From: Podarcis muralis
Taxonomy: Eukaryota
Assembly: GCF_964188315.1 (NCBI RefSeq)
Contig: NC_135656.1
Span: forward strand, 106,268,001 to 106,332,000
DNA length: 64,000 nucleotides
Direction of reading: 5' to 3'
The translations under genes and the position numbers were made by a program. Shown in pieces: positions 1 to 11,858 of the stretch (positions within the stretch are counted from its first letter, which is position 1; each line of letters starts with the position of its first letter). The notes beneath the pieces were generated by a model that did no database searches, was not told where the DNA came from, and was given only the letters and a program-made list of their open reading frames with translations.

Positions 1-245
1 GGTTTGTACGAAGCCTAGGAAGTAGCCTTTGATAATCTTCAGCAGGCCGTCCCACTCTTGAGGCGTGAGGCCGCTTCTGCCCCAAGGCTGGAGGAACTTG
101 AACTTCCAGGTGTTGGTATCCAACGTAACTACCGCCACGTCTCCCAGAAAAGTAGTGCCCTCGATGTCAGTGTCACTGGCATTGTGGAACACCACCGTCT
201 GAAGCAGGCAGAGGGCATGGGGTGTTTCCGGGAGAGGAAGGGAGG
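1..245 (-). CDS. CD1: CD1-like (MHC class I-like) alpha-1 domain exon, truncated by the window edge
   Basis: Minus strand: acceptor ctcttcccccaccag followed by a phase-1 open frame SLPLPETPHALCLLQTVVFHNASDTDIEGTTFLGDVAVVTLDTNTWKFKFLQPWGRSGLTPQEWDGLLKIIKGYFLGFVQT. The motifs LQ..F.N.S, LGD and FLQPW...EW..L..I..Y match the CD1 alpha-1 pattern, and phase 1 is typical of class I domain exons. The ORF track misses it because there is no ATG. Confidence 0.8.
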
Positions 246-272
246 CTGGTGGGGGAAGAGTAGATAAATAAA

Positions 273-411
273 GGCTGGGTGGCTCAGTTGGTTAGAGCAT
301 GGTGCTGATGACACCAAGGCCGTGGGTTCGATCCCCGTATGGGACAGCTGCATTGCAGACCCCTGGACTAGATGATGGTCAGGGTCCCTTCCAACTCTTC
401 TGATTCTATGA
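273..411 (+). mobile_element. tRNA-Ile-derived SINE with CR1-type 3' tail
   Basis: Head ggctgggtggctcagttggttagagcatggtgctgatgacaccaaggccgtgggttcgatcccc resembles tRNA-Ile (A and B boxes), followed by ggactagatga...ccttccaactc..tgattctatga, the CR1 3' end. Confidence 0.75.
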
Positions 412-584
412 ATAATAGGCAAGAGGAAACATCTATGTCCCACTCCTGCACCCTTCACAGCAGCTTGACGTACAAGAAAGAAATCAGGTGGCCAATTGCT
501 CCGGAGCGGCAGGGCTCCTCTGCCTTTAATGTTAATAGTTGAGGAGAGAATTTCGGCTGGTGATCGCATCAGGGGAAAAGAGAG

Positions 585-826
585 AGAGTTTGGATTTGAT
601 ATCCGGCTTTATCACTATCCAAAGGAGTCTCAAAGCGGCTAACAATCTCCTTTCCCTTCCTCCCCCACAACAAACACTCTGTGAGGTGAGTGGGGCTGAG
701 AGATCTCAAAGAAGTGTGACTAGCCCAAGGTCACCCAGCAGCTGCATGTGGAGGAGCGGAGACGCGAACCCGGTTCCCCAGATTACGAGACTACCGCTCT
801 TAACCACTACACCACACTGGCTCTCA
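585..826 (-). mobile_element. tRNA/L2-tailed squamate SINE (Squam2/Anolis SINE2-like)
   Basis: Near-identical copies at 18122-18362 (+) and 20878-21117 (-); 5' gagagccagtgtggtgtagtggttaagagc head. Confidence 0.75.
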
Positions 827-1557
827 AGACAGCCCGGGGGGTTCCCACTTAGGAGAATGACCAGGAAAGCACCCCCCCCGCCAGACACAGCAGGTGGGAC
901 AGAGCTATCCCTCCAACATCTGTGTCTCTGCAGCTAATCTGGGCAGGGCAGGTGGGTGGCAAGGGTGAGGAGGGGTAGATGCAAATACTGCACTCCTCCC
1001 AATGTGTCCACACAGCCACTGGCCTGCTCTACACACACACCTCCCACCAAATCAGCCACAGCCACTCTTGTGTTGATAAAGTTGCTCCACAGCTCGGCCA
1101 AACCACACTGCTGTTTGCAACCCTAAAAAGCCTCCCACCGGCTGTCACCATTTCTTTCTTACGTATAATCACAAGAAGGCAAGTCTATCTTCCATAGCCA
1201 TGGCTCATAAATAAACCTTATCCGTCAACCTTCCTGTGAACTGTTAATTAAAAGCTTCCTGTTTGCAGGTTCTGCCTATTTTATTTCTCCTGGTGGTTCA
1301 TTGTTAAGGGATTAATGAATAGCCCTCATGGTTATCCCACTGAATAGCTTTCTCTAATGGCTCCAATGGTAGCTTCTGTTCCCAAGAAGGCAGAACTTTG
1401 ATTAACGATTGCCTTGCATTATTTTTTCATTTTCATTTAATAGCAAAATAGCATTATTTTGTTATTGAAAAGGGGGGGGATGAGAGGAAAGCCTGCATAG
1501 CCTCCCCCACCCCATGAAAGAATGAATTTGGATTGAAATTCCCCATTAAAGACAAGC

Positions 1558-1745
1558 ATAATAATGATGATGATGATGTTATTATTAATACCCCATCCAT
1601 CTGGCTAGGTTTCCCCAGCCACTCTCTCTTTTTGCAATGAGGGAACCTCCAGAAGGCCCTCGGAGCAGGACCTCAGGGTCTGGGCTGAATGATGGGGGTG
1701 GAGACGCTCCTTCAGGTATTCTGGGCTGAGGCAGTTTAGCATCAC
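1558..1745 (-). mobile_element. L2 LINE 3' fragment
   Basis: Matches the window's other L2 3' ends (ctggctgggtttccccagccactct motif with a (TTA)n-like tail). Confidence 0.55.
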
Positions 1746-2644
1746 TAAACAAACATCACTTCTGCTGTCTTTTTGGAGCTTAAGGAAGACCTTCCTCTTC
1801 CATCAAGCCTTTTATGTAGAGATCTTGCCCAGTCTGCATCTACATGGGAATTTTTAAAAAGATGTTTTATTATTTTATTGCTTGGTGTTTGCCACCCTGA
1901 GCTCCTTTGAAGCATCGAGTATAAACTTAAACAATAATAATAATAACAACACCAGCTACTAACAACAGCAAGCGGTACAGGACCTGAAAACAGGAAGCTT
2001 TAAATTACAAGCACAGGAGCACCAAAACAGTGCTTTGCTTGCCTGCTCTGCGCCTGTATTCCTATATTTCATGCTAGACAGACCGGTGCTGCAACTGTAT
2101 TTTCTAGCTGAAATCCCCAGCAAATATCAGATATGAAAAGGCCCCAACACAGCAAACACTGGACTGCAACCATTTGTCAACACCTTCGGGTGACACCAAT
2201 TTTAATCTTATTCCAAGAAGACACACTGAAACCAACTGACTTAAAGCAATGGCTCTATTCTGAATATGACTAACATTGGAAATTGCCTAATATCTAGAGC
2301 AGGGGTTCCCATACTGTGGTCCACAGACCAACAGTGATCCATGAGCTTCGTCCAGGTGGTCCAATGCATGTCCACATAAAATCTCCGTATCGTTTTTAAA
2401 CTGTCTTTTATTGCTTCTTTTATTGTAATACAATTAGAATTTGGTGGCTCCCCAGCTTCTAATATTGGGTTTAAAAACAAGAACAAAAAATACCCAAGCA
2501 TTTGAGAGTGATTTAGCCTTCCTGACTGGTAATAAAGAAGCTGAAATGCAACCACATCATTTTGGCGACGTTTCCTGTTTTTAAATCAAATGTGACTGCG
2601 TTCTTGGCAATCGGCCACTGACATGTATATTTAATTTAATAACG

Positions 2645-3020
2645 CTACCGTAACTTCCCAACTGGCTCAACAACACTTACATCTTGCACCAGGTCCTGGG
2701 TGCCACTGAAGACTAAATCCAGGGTCGCCACCTTTTCCAGCCATTCTAGGGCACAGTTGTTTAGGGTACCTAGAAATTTTGCCTCTTTGTCATGATTGGA
2801 AAACATAGGCAGCCAGTTTGTGTCACTCACGACTTGGAACATTTCCTCTTTTGGGAGCTTCCTTGATTTCATTCCTCTTCTCAAGATCTCACTGAGCATT
2901 TTGAACAGAAGCACCCCTAGCACTAAATGACTCTTGGGGCCCAGTATCACCACCCAAAACAATTCTGTGGACAAATCTGCTGCTTTGAGGATGTCTAACT
3001 TGCTGAAATCAATGCCCCCT
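2645..3020 (-). mobile_element. CR1 LINE ORF2 endonuclease remnant
   Basis: Translation KEAKFLGTLNNCALE...ATLDLVFSGTQDLVQDVSVVEPVG resembles the C-terminal part of the CR1 APE endonuclease (KFL...LDL...DLV..V.V). Confidence 0.6.
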
Positions 3021-3232
3021 TTGCCATACAGAGCCACACACACACACACACACACAGCCCAGTAGGTCCTTCCCTGCCCTTCCTATTTCCAGAGGCAACC
3101 GCGTCTCCGTTCCACCAAGTAAATGCAGAATTACAGCTTTTGTTTGTTGCAAGGCTACAGACAAGAATATATTTGCTCCTATGAGATAATGCACTGCGTG
3201 TGTGCACGGAAATGTTTTAAAAGCAAGAAAGG

Positions 3233-3902
3233 TACCATATTTTTCGCTCTATAGTACGCACTTTTTCCCCTCCAAAAATTAAGGGGAAATGCATGTGTGT
3301 CCTATGGAGCGAATGCAGGCTCCTTGGCTTCAGCGATAGCAATGTGAAGCCTCCAAAGTGCAAAGGGAGCGCTCCCTCTGCGCTCCGGAGGCTTCGTGTT
3401 GCTTTCGCTGAAGCCTGGAGAGCGAGAGGGGTCTTCAGGCTTCAGGGATAGCTGCCTGAAGCCTTCGGAGCGCAGCACGAGTTCCCGCTGCATTCCGGAG
3501 GCTTCAGGTTCCTTTCACTGAAGCCAGGAGAATCTTTGCGCTGCTCCCCAACCTGGTATTTGAGGCTGGCGGTGGGGGAAAGCAGCGCTTCCCCCCGCCA
3601 GCCCCAAAGAGCAGGTCGAAAGGAACCCGAAGCCCAGCGGGAACTCCTGCTGCGCTCCGGAGGCTTCGGGTGAACACACCTTGAATGCACAGAATGCACC
3701 TTGTTTTAGAGGGGGAGAACAAGAAAAAAAAAATCTCCCCCTCTCTGCGCAGCGGCCCTTCAGGAAGGGGCTCCGTTTCTCCTGCCACTTCGCTGAAGGG
3801 GCGCTGCACAGAGAGGGGGAGATTTTTCCCCCCTTGTGCTCCCCCTCTAAAACAAGGTGCGCCCTATGGCCGGGTGCGTCCTATAGAGTGAAAAATATGG
3901 TA
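3233..3902. mobile_element. Non-autonomous pogo/Tigger-like DNA transposon (MITE)
   Basis: TIRs taccatatttttcgctctatag and ctatagagtgaaaaatatggta (1 mismatch), TA termini, internal repeated gctccggaggcttc units. Confidence 0.8.
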
Positions 3903-4019
3903 GCATTAAAATCACAGATCACGCCCCAGTAGAAGTTACCCTTAAAATAGGAGAGGGAACGCAAACCACCCCATCATGCTCCTTCAGTCCCATCCTAACC
4001 ACAAATAAACAAATTAGAG

Positions 4020-4350
4020 AGAGTCTCACAAAAACTCTCCAAAACTACTTCAAAGAAAACAATGTAGACAATATAACAACTCCCCTCCTATGGGATGCAA
4101 TGAAAGTGGTCACTAAAGGAGCTTGCATAAAAGAGAAAAAATCTCTTAAAAAACAAACCTCAAAAGTTAGCAAAACGGAACAAGACATCACGGCCCTCTC
4201 ATCACGCTACAAACAAACAGGATCTAAAAAACTCCTTAAACTTATAGAACTAAAAAAGGAGAGAACTAGACTCCCTAGAAATGAACAAAACAATAGTCAA
4301 CATTCTATACTCTAAACAACGCTTCTACAAGTTTGGAGGGGGGAAATTCC
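4020..4350 (+). mobile_element. L1/Tx1 LINE ORF2 fragment
   Basis: LWDAMKVVTKGACIKEK matches the post-endonuclease LWDA.KA..RG motif of L1-clade ORF2; A-rich sense strand. Confidence 0.65.
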
Positions 4351-4951
4351 AGGCTATTAGCAAACAGGTGATAGGTTATTATTTCACATTGGCTATCAGC
4401 TAGAGACTGCATTTTGATACAGTTTAAAATTCTTGCATCCGTGCGTTAAAGAGATGTGCTGCGTGAAGTTTATTTAGACCTTGTTTATCTGCAAACCGTG
4501 TGAACACCTGTTTTTGGTACCAGCCACCATTTACTGCCACATTAACCACAGTAACGGTTTCGTTTTAGTGCAACTTGCAGAAGTGCGGGAGCTGAGATGG
4601 AACCCCTCCTATAACCCCTCTGAAGATGGAATAATAGTGCTCATCTTGTCTCCCTTTGCTGAGTTGACAGAGAGACCAGCCCATTCCTTTCCATTGAACA
4701 GTGGTCTGTGATGCCAAAATATCTATTCTCTACAGATGTCACCAAGTGAAATATCTCCCTGGCACAGAGCAAAACGTTTAGCACCTGCTAACCACATGAA
4801 ACTGTTTAGATAGGCAGGTGCAGAATACGCTTTAAAAGTTGTCAACTCGACCCATGCATTGAGAATGCTGCTTTTCAAAAGACTGAAAGTATTGTGGAAC
4901 CTTAAAAAGACTATAATCATTTCCTTGTGGCACAAAGTTTGTGGTTTATAA

Positions 4952-5171
4952 TACAGTGGTACCTCAGGTTACAGATGCTTCAGGTTGCAGACTCCGCTAA
5001 CCCAGAAATAGTACCTCAGGTTAAGAACTTTGCTTCAGGATGAGAACAGAAATCACGTGACAGCAGCGGGAGGCCCCATTAGCTAAAAGTGGTGCTTCAG
5101 GTTAAGAACAGTTTCAGGTTAAGAACGGACCTCCAGAACAAATTAAGTTCTTAACCCGAGGTACCACTGTA
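4952..5171 (+). mobile_element. Tigger-like MITE (tacagtggtacctcgggtta family)
   Basis: TIR cagtggtacctc...gaggtaccactg with TA flanks; about 220 bp; similar copies at 5790-6008, 7342-7563, 8412-8541, 36042-36258, 44012-44243 and 52209-52443. Confidence 0.85.
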
Positions 5172-5399
5172 CTAACTTGTTCAGGGTTGTTATAACAAAA
5201 AGAAATTCTGAAGAACTCCAAAAGGCTCTTTCCTCCTGAGTGAATGGGTGGGAAACCAGCAAATGCCATTCGTTGTAAACAAGTGTTAAAAGTGAGGTAT
5301 GTCAGAGCGAAAATACGTAACTTTACATATATGCTCATGGGGTCTGAACAGCCAGGAAATGAACAGGAATAAGACTTTCAGTTCATCTTGATGGAGATG

Positions 5400-6120
5400 T
5401 TGCTGTGCCTGTAAAAAAGGTAAATTCCATGCTAGGGGTCATGAAGAAAGGAATTGAAAAGAAAACTGCCAATATCCTAAAGCCATTACAGAAATCTTAT
5501 GTTGTGGCCATATTTAGGAATACAGAATACAATTCTGGTCAGCTCACCTCAAAAAGGGTATTATAGAGGGGGGAAAGGTTCAGAAACGGGCAACCAAAAT
5601 GGATCAAGGTGAAGAACCATTAGCCCTGTGAGGATAGGCTGCAGCCTTTGGAACTTTTTTATGTTTAGAGAAAAGGTGACTAAGATGTGACCTGATAAAA
5701 GTTGATAAGCTTGGAAAAAAGGGGATGGGGGGGGGAACATTATCCCTTTTTCATAACACTGCAGCTTGTGGACACCCAGCAAAGCCGAATACAGTGGTAC
5801 CTCGGGTTACATACGCTTCAGGTTACAGATTCTGCTAACCCAGAAATAGTACCTCTGGTTAAGAACTTTGCTTCAGGATGAGAACAGAAATGGCGTGGCT
5901 GCAGCAGGAGGCACCATTAGCTAAAGTGGTGCTTCAGGTTAAGAACAGTTTCAGGTTAAGTACGGACCTCCGGAACGAATTAAGTACTTAACCCGAGGTA
6001 CCACTGTACTGGAAGATTCAGCACCGATTTAAAAAAATACTTCACGCACCACATAATGAAGACGCGGAACTTGTTCCCACAGGGAGCAGCGATGGTCGTC
6101 AACTTAGATGAGCAAATTCT
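5400..6120 (+). mobile_element. Old CR1 3' fragment interrupted by a Tigger-like MITE (5790-6008)
   Basis: Degenerate CR1 RT C-terminal sequence (aattctggtcagctcacctcaaaaagg...) continues on both sides of the MITE. Confidence 0.55.
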
Positions 6121-6126
6121 TGGAGG

Positions 6127-6440
6127 GTAGGTAAAGGTCAAGGACCCATGGACGGTTAAGTCCAGTCAAAGGCGACTCTGGGGTTGCGGCGCTCATCTCG
6201 CTTTCAGGCCAAGGGAGCCGGCATTTGTCCACAGACAGCTTTCCGGGTCATGTGGCCAGCAGGACTAAACCGCTTCTGGCGCATTGGGACACCGTGATGG
6301 AAGCCAGAGCGCATGGAAATGCCATTTACCTTCCTGCTGGAGTGGTACCCATTTATCTACTTGCACTGGCGTGCTTTCAAACTGCTAGGTTGGCAGGAGC
6401 AGGGACCGAGCAACCAGAGCTCACCCTGTCGTGGGGATTT
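6127..6440 (-). mobile_element. Sauria SINE (older, diverged copy)
   Basis: Reverse complement of the Sauria SINE body, with aggtaaaggt tail. Confidence 0.8.
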
Positions 6441-6744
6441 GAACCTGTGCTCCGGTCCCACTTGCAGGTTTCCCCAGGCATCCAGCTGGCCACTGTGAGA
6501 AGAACAGGATGCTGGATAAGACGGGCCATTGGTCTGATCCCGCAGGGTCCTTCTTATGTTCTGACAAAGACCCATATTTTATTTATTTAGGTAAATTGCG
6601 TCACCATCACTTCAATTTCCCCAGGTTCTCTCCCCCCTTCCCCACATCTCTACTCAACATCGCGCTCCGCATTCTAGATAAGTCTCCTTTGCACGATGCT
6701 TTCTCGAAGCCAGAGACCACACATGAAAAGCCACCCATGCTCTG

Positions 6745-6995
6745 GAGGGTAGGACTCGAACCAATGGCTTCAAGTTACAAGGAAGGAGATTCCGACTAAA
6801 CATCAGAAAGAACGTTCTGACAGTAAGACCAGTTTGACAGTGGAACGGTCTTCCCTCAGGAGGTTCGGGACTCTCCCTTCTTTGAAGGTCTTTAAGTAGA
6901 GGTTGGGTGGCCGTCTGTCATGGATGCTTCAGCTGAGATTCCTGCATTGCAGGGGGTCGGACTAGATGACCCTAGGGGTCCCTTCCAACTCTACT
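6745..6995 (+). mobile_element. CR1 LINE 3' end
   Basis: ggcttcaagttacaaggaaggagattccgactaaacatcag...ggactagatgaccctaggggtcccttccaactct. Confidence 0.75.
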
Positions 6996-8297
6996 TTGGG
7001 ACTTGGGGGGGGGGGCTTAATATATATTTTTATTTTCCCCAAATTTCATGAACTAACATTTAGATTAGATCAAAAAGCCAAGGACCCTGAAAGGATTTCC
7101 TGTTCCTCTGGTTTGGAGAAAATCCAATGACAAGCAAAACCAACTAGTTTCAGTTTTCCCCACATCCTCCTTCCAGTCCCATGAAGGCAACATTGTGGCT
7201 ACAGAAGAGGAAGCTGACCCCCAGAGCTGTCTTTCCCCAGGGCGCTGGCCTCTCAGGGGCGCCCCAGCGAGTGGGGGAGCTGCACGGCTTTACTGGTGGC
7301 CTCCCCTTTCCCCGCACGCCTGCCAGCTGCGCCCCGCCAACTACAGTGGTACCACGGGTTAAGAACTGAATTCGTTCCGGAGGTCCGTTCTTAACCTGAA
7401 ACTGTTCTTAACCTGAAGCACCACTTTAGCTAATGGGGCCTCCCGCTGCTGCCGCCATGCGATTTCTGTTCTCATTCTGAAGGAAAGTTCTTAACCTGAG
7501 GTACTATTTCTGTGTTAGCAGAGTCTGTAACCTGAAGTGTCTGTAACCTGAGGTACCACTGTATATGGGTGGCAGGCGCGCAGCTTTCCTCCCAAGCCTC
7601 TGCAGGGATCGCTCTCCCACAGCGGCATGGGGGAGAGTTGCGCCCCCCCCCCCAGATGGCTGGCAGTGCACAGCTACGGCCACCCCAACGCTATCTGCGG
7701 TAATTTGGGGACGCTGGGCGGATATTTGCACCCTGGCGCCGCATCTGCCAAAGACAGCCCTGCTGACCCCCAGGCCAGAGGCAGGCAGGGGGTGGCTGAC
7801 TGGCTGGCTGAGGTTGGCGGGGGCATTGCTCCATTTGCCCGAATGAACCAGCCTCGGCCAGCTGTGGGTCTGCCACTGCTGCCACCCCAGTATCTGCCAC
7901 AGAAGGTGGCCCTACTGGAAAGACAGCCCTACTCATTTTGAGAATCTGCATCCGGAGTCTCTTTTTGCCTTCACTAGAGTCCACTTGTGAATCTCCAAAG
8001 AAGGCAAACATCAAGACCCCCTAAACCTCCTTCCAAACTAAACAGCTCCAAGGAGCAAGCACTGCTCCCAAATCAAAAAGTGAGGTGAATGAAATGCTGG
8101 CAAGTACAGACAGTGATAATTCAGCACTTTCACAACTGTAATTCACAAACCGGATTTTATTTTACCTTGGCATCCTGGCATTAGCAAGCCAATTATTTCT
8201 TATTTTATTATTTCTCAAGTTTGTATACCACCCTTCACCCACAGATCTCAGGGCAACGTGGAAACACAAGATGAAATCACAAAATACACAACAGAAG

Positions 8298-8784
8298 CAG
8301 GGCCAGATTTAGGTTTGATGAGGCCCTAAGCTATTGAAGGTAATGGTGCCCTTTATGTGTCCAGCTGTCCTTTGCCATGCAACCAGCCCATGCAGAATGT
8401 TGGCTCCCTATACAGTGGTACATCGGGTTAAGTACTTAATTTGTTTTGTTCTTAACCTGAAGCACTATTTCTGGGTTAGCGGAGTGTGTAACCTGAAGCG
8501 TATGTAACCTGAAGCGTATGTAACCCAAGGTACCACTGTATATAGAAATGGGCAAACCAGTGATATTTTAGGGAGCAGGCTAGCAGGCGGGGCCCATTAC
8601 TTACATCCTAGGAGCCCACACAACACAAAGCACTGTTGCTGCATGTAGGTTTCATTTCATTTGTTTTTATCTTATATTTTGGAAATGTACATCCAGGTTT
8701 TTTTTCTTTAATTTTTTTTGGGGGCCCCAAGAGAGTTGGGCCCTAAGCTACAGCTTGTTTAGCTTATAAATAAATCTGGCACTG
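8298..8784 (+). mobile_element. Non-autonomous hAT element with a nested Tigger-like MITE
   Basis: Termini cagggccagattt and aaatctggcactg with a perfect 8-bp TSD aacagaag on both sides. Same family at 12545-12855, 32140-32799 and 60095-60378. Confidence 0.85.
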
Positions 8785-9099
8785 AACAGAAGCAAGAACA
8801 AAACAAAACAATAACCTAAACCTCCTACAAACGCACATAAAAAGTCGAAGAGGGAAGTTTTCGCTTGGAGCTTCTCTGGGTAGAGCATTCCACAAATAGA
8901 ATTAACGAGTGCAATGCACATTTGTTTCGGTTTAATCCACAGGTGACAGCACAGAAACACTACTTCAAGGCTTGCATACTATGCCAAGCACTCCTTATTT
9001 CCAGGCAACTATCTCCCAAATTCCATTTAAAAAAGGAAGTTCACATACCTGGGCTGGCTCTGCAGGGCGACGAGGCGAGGAACCCAAACAGCAGCAAGA

Positions 9100-9950
9100 C
9101 CCAGGCTGGAGATTGCAGGGCTCGCTTCTGGCCCCTTCTCACGTGCATGCTGGAAGCAGGGGCACGCGCGGAAAGCGAAAGTAGCTCGCTTTCCCTCCTC
9201 CCGCAGGGGAGATTCCTAGTCCGCAAGGAAGAACCCACGGAGCGACGGCGGAACTCCAGGACACGGTCTCGCCCTCCCTGCGCCGGGATCGCATTTCTGC
9301 ATGCCAAGCGGGTGCTCCCGGGCGACTTTCCCACGCCGCTTCCGTCCGCGCATCCTTGCAGGTGCCTCATTCCAGGATGGGTGCCCTGCCACCCAGGGGT
9401 GGAGAAAGCAATCCGAGCGGCGGCAGCAGCACCAGCTGCAGTTTTCCTGGGCTCCTGGGCTCGCCCGCCCGCCCTCTGCAGCCACTAGGGGAGGCCGTCT
9501 CGGGACGCGGCGGAGGCGAAGGCGAAGGAACCACCCCTCTTCTCTGCGCTCCGCTCCGTCCTCGCCTAGCCTGGAAGGGGCGGCGCCTCGTCCCGCCCCA
9601 GACAATGCCCGCCCCGGCTCGGCCCTCCCCTCGCTTCCCCCACGTGGTCGAGCGCTGGCGATAGACCTTGAGCCTCGCTTCCTGTGTGGCTGTGTGCGCG
9701 CGCGGGCCGCGGAGAGCCCGACCCGAGTGGCGACTGCGGCTCCCCCACCCACGCATCCGGCTTGGATCGATCCCGGGGGTGGCGGAAGGTTCTAAGCCCA
9801 CCCCTCCGAGCGCCTGATCGGGTGAGCAGGGGAAAGGGGGGTGGGGTGGGTTCCTGGTGGCAAACTTGATCCGGAGCGCAAAGTCCCCTTTTACGCACAA
9901 CCACCACCGTCGGCTAGGGGTCCTGGGTGGGGCCCGAGAGGCCTGTACGG
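9100..9950 (+). promoter_or_regulatory. CpG island, probable promoter/first exon of ZNF unit 1
   Basis: Dense CpG and GC-rich sequence; plus-strand donor cgg|gtgagc near 9820; ZF exons lie downstream. Confidence 0.6.
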
Positions 9951-10586
9951 GCGGTTATTGCTGCTGCCCTGGGAGGAGAAGGTGGTGCTGGTGCCTAGTG
10001 GTCTCTCCTCCCCTCCAGATGAGGTGCCTGTCAGTGGGAACGGACCCCCCCCCCCCAACCACGGGGGAAATGTGAGCCAGCACCAGCACTGTCTTTTGGA
10101 GTGGTGAATAGTGCCCTGTCTTGCCTGCCCCACATCAAGAAAACCATAGAAATACTTAACTAACTGACCAATCACGTCGGTTCTGCTGCCCCAAACAAAA
10201 GGCCTGCCCCTCCCCCCCCCGCAACAAAAACCCTGGCTACGCCCGTGTGTCCTGGGGTTCTTGAGGCCATGGGGTGTCTGCTAAATTGCAGTGAGGATGA
10301 GTGACAAGCAATGTCTGTGGAACTTCTCTTTATTGTACTTATTTTACCCTCCTGTTGTCCCCGGAGAGACTCTGCACTTGGACTGTGAGTGAGGATCCTG
10401 TGACCTTCCAGATCCTGCTCCCATCGTCTCTGACCACTGGCTGGCCTTGCTGCCTGGGGTTGAGAGGACATGGGAGTCCAGCGATATCTGGGCAGCCACA
10501 GGTTGCCCACCGCTGATGGGGCCACGTGCTGGTCTGTGGAGGATCTTCTGACTTCTCTGGAGGACCTCATGAAGGAAGCTATAGGA

Positions 10587-10722
10587 CAGGCATCCCCAAA
10601 CTCGGCCCTCCAGCTGTTTTGGGATTACAGTTCCCAACATCCCTGACCACTGGCCCTGTTAGTGAGGGATAATGGGAGTTGTAGTCTCTAAACAGCTGGA
10701 GGGCCGAGTTTGGGGGTGTCTT
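10587..10722. mobile_element. Palindromic hAT-type MITE
   Basis: Long hairpin (ccaaactcggccctccagctgttt...aaacagctggagggccgagtttgg) with 8-bp TSD ctatagga. Relatives at about 22420-22565, 35200-35345, 38608-38743, 39567-39705 and 52660-52795. Confidence 0.8.
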
Positions 10723-10985
10723 CTATAGGATGATCTGCTCCTGACAGCAAGCCTGCAGTCCCCAAACTGTGGGTTGGTTCAAATCAGATGTGTGAGAGCT
10801 GTTCACTGAGGGTTTCAGGCAGTGGCTGTTCTGAGCCCTACCTGGACTGAATCTGTGAACTTTTGCACGTGAATCTAAGGTGAACTGGGATATGGCCCTT
10901 CCCCAGTTCAGTGTGAGGGGCTGCGCAAAATCCACAGCAACAAGGACATGTCTGTGTATTGATAGCTTTTGTATTGTACGCTATG

Positions 10986-11340
10986 GGATGCGGGTGACGC
11001 TGTGGGTTAAACCACACACAGAGCCTAGGGCTAGCCGATCAGAAGGTCGGTGGTTCGAATCCCTGTGACGGGGTGAGCTCCCGTTGCTCAGTCTCAGCTC
11101 CTGCCAACCTAGCAGTTCGAAAGCACGTCAAAGTGCAAGTAGATAAATAGGTACCGCTCCGGCGGGAAGGTAAACGGTGTTTCCGTGCGCTGCTCTGGTT
11201 TGCCAGAATCAGCTTAGTCATGCTGGCCACATGACTCGGAAGCTATGCGCCAGCTCCCTTGGCCAATAAAGCGAGATGAGTGCCGCAACCCCAGAGTCGG
11301 CTACGACTGGACCTAATGGTCAGGGGTCCTTTTACCTTTA
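10986..11340 (+). mobile_element. Sauria SINE (subfamily A)
   Basis: Full-length gggatgcgggtgacgctgtgggttaaacc...ttaccttta. Confidence 0.9.
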
Positions 11341-11697
11341 CAGTGGTACCTCGCAAGACGAATGCCTCGCAAGACAAAAAACTCGCTAGACGAAAGGGTT
11401 TTTTGTTTTTTGAGCTGCTTCGCAAGACAATTTTCCCCATGGGCTTGCTTCGCAAGACGGAAACGTCTTGCAAGTTTGTTTCCTTTTTCTTAACACCGTT
11501 AATACAGTTGCGACTTGACTTCAAGGAGCAACTCATAGAACGTAGTGTGGTAGCCTTTTTTGAGGTTTTTAAAGACTTTGGTGATTTTTGAAGCTTTTCC
11601 AAAACTTTCCCGACACCGTGCTTCGCAAGACGAAAAAAATCGCAAGACGACAAAACTCGCGGAACGAATTAATTTCGTCTTGCGAGGCACCACTGTA
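11339..11697. mobile_element. Tc1/Tigger-like MITE (tacagtggtacctcgcaagacg family)
   Basis: TIRs cagtggtacctcgcaagacgaa and ttcgtcttgcgaggcaccactg with TA flanks; inserted at the SINE tail. Confidence 0.85.
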
Positions 11698-11799
11698 CTT
11701 TATATTGTACGCTGCTTAGAGATTCTTTTAAAACACTAAGCTGATTGTAACAACAACAATTGCAACCAGCTTAATATTATTATTACAATCAGTTGTTTC

Positions 11800-11858
11800 T
11801 TATTATTATTATTATTGTTATTGTTATTGTTATTGTTATTGTTATTGTTATTGTTATA
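11800..11858. repeat. (TTA)n/(TTATTG)n microsatellite
   Basis: Read directly from the sequence. Confidence 0.9.

Noticed and set aside
273-345. tRNA-Ile-like sequence (and tRNA-Lys-like at 62055-62125)
   Set aside because: Mismatched acceptor stems and CpG decay; continues directly into a CR1 tail instead of a Pol III terminator, so these are SINE heads, not tRNA genes.
700-1210. Candidate CD1 leader exons (hydrophobic frame near 850-915; donor TAC|GTAAGA near 1160)
   Set aside because: The available ATGs hit stops in frame; no consistent ATG-to-phase-1-donor exon found.
9041-9907. Long overlapping ORFs in CpG islands (also 27509-28162, 33103-33533, 57712-58657)
   Set aside because: Stop-poor GC-rich promoter DNA; low-complexity Arg/Pro/Gly translations with no domain.
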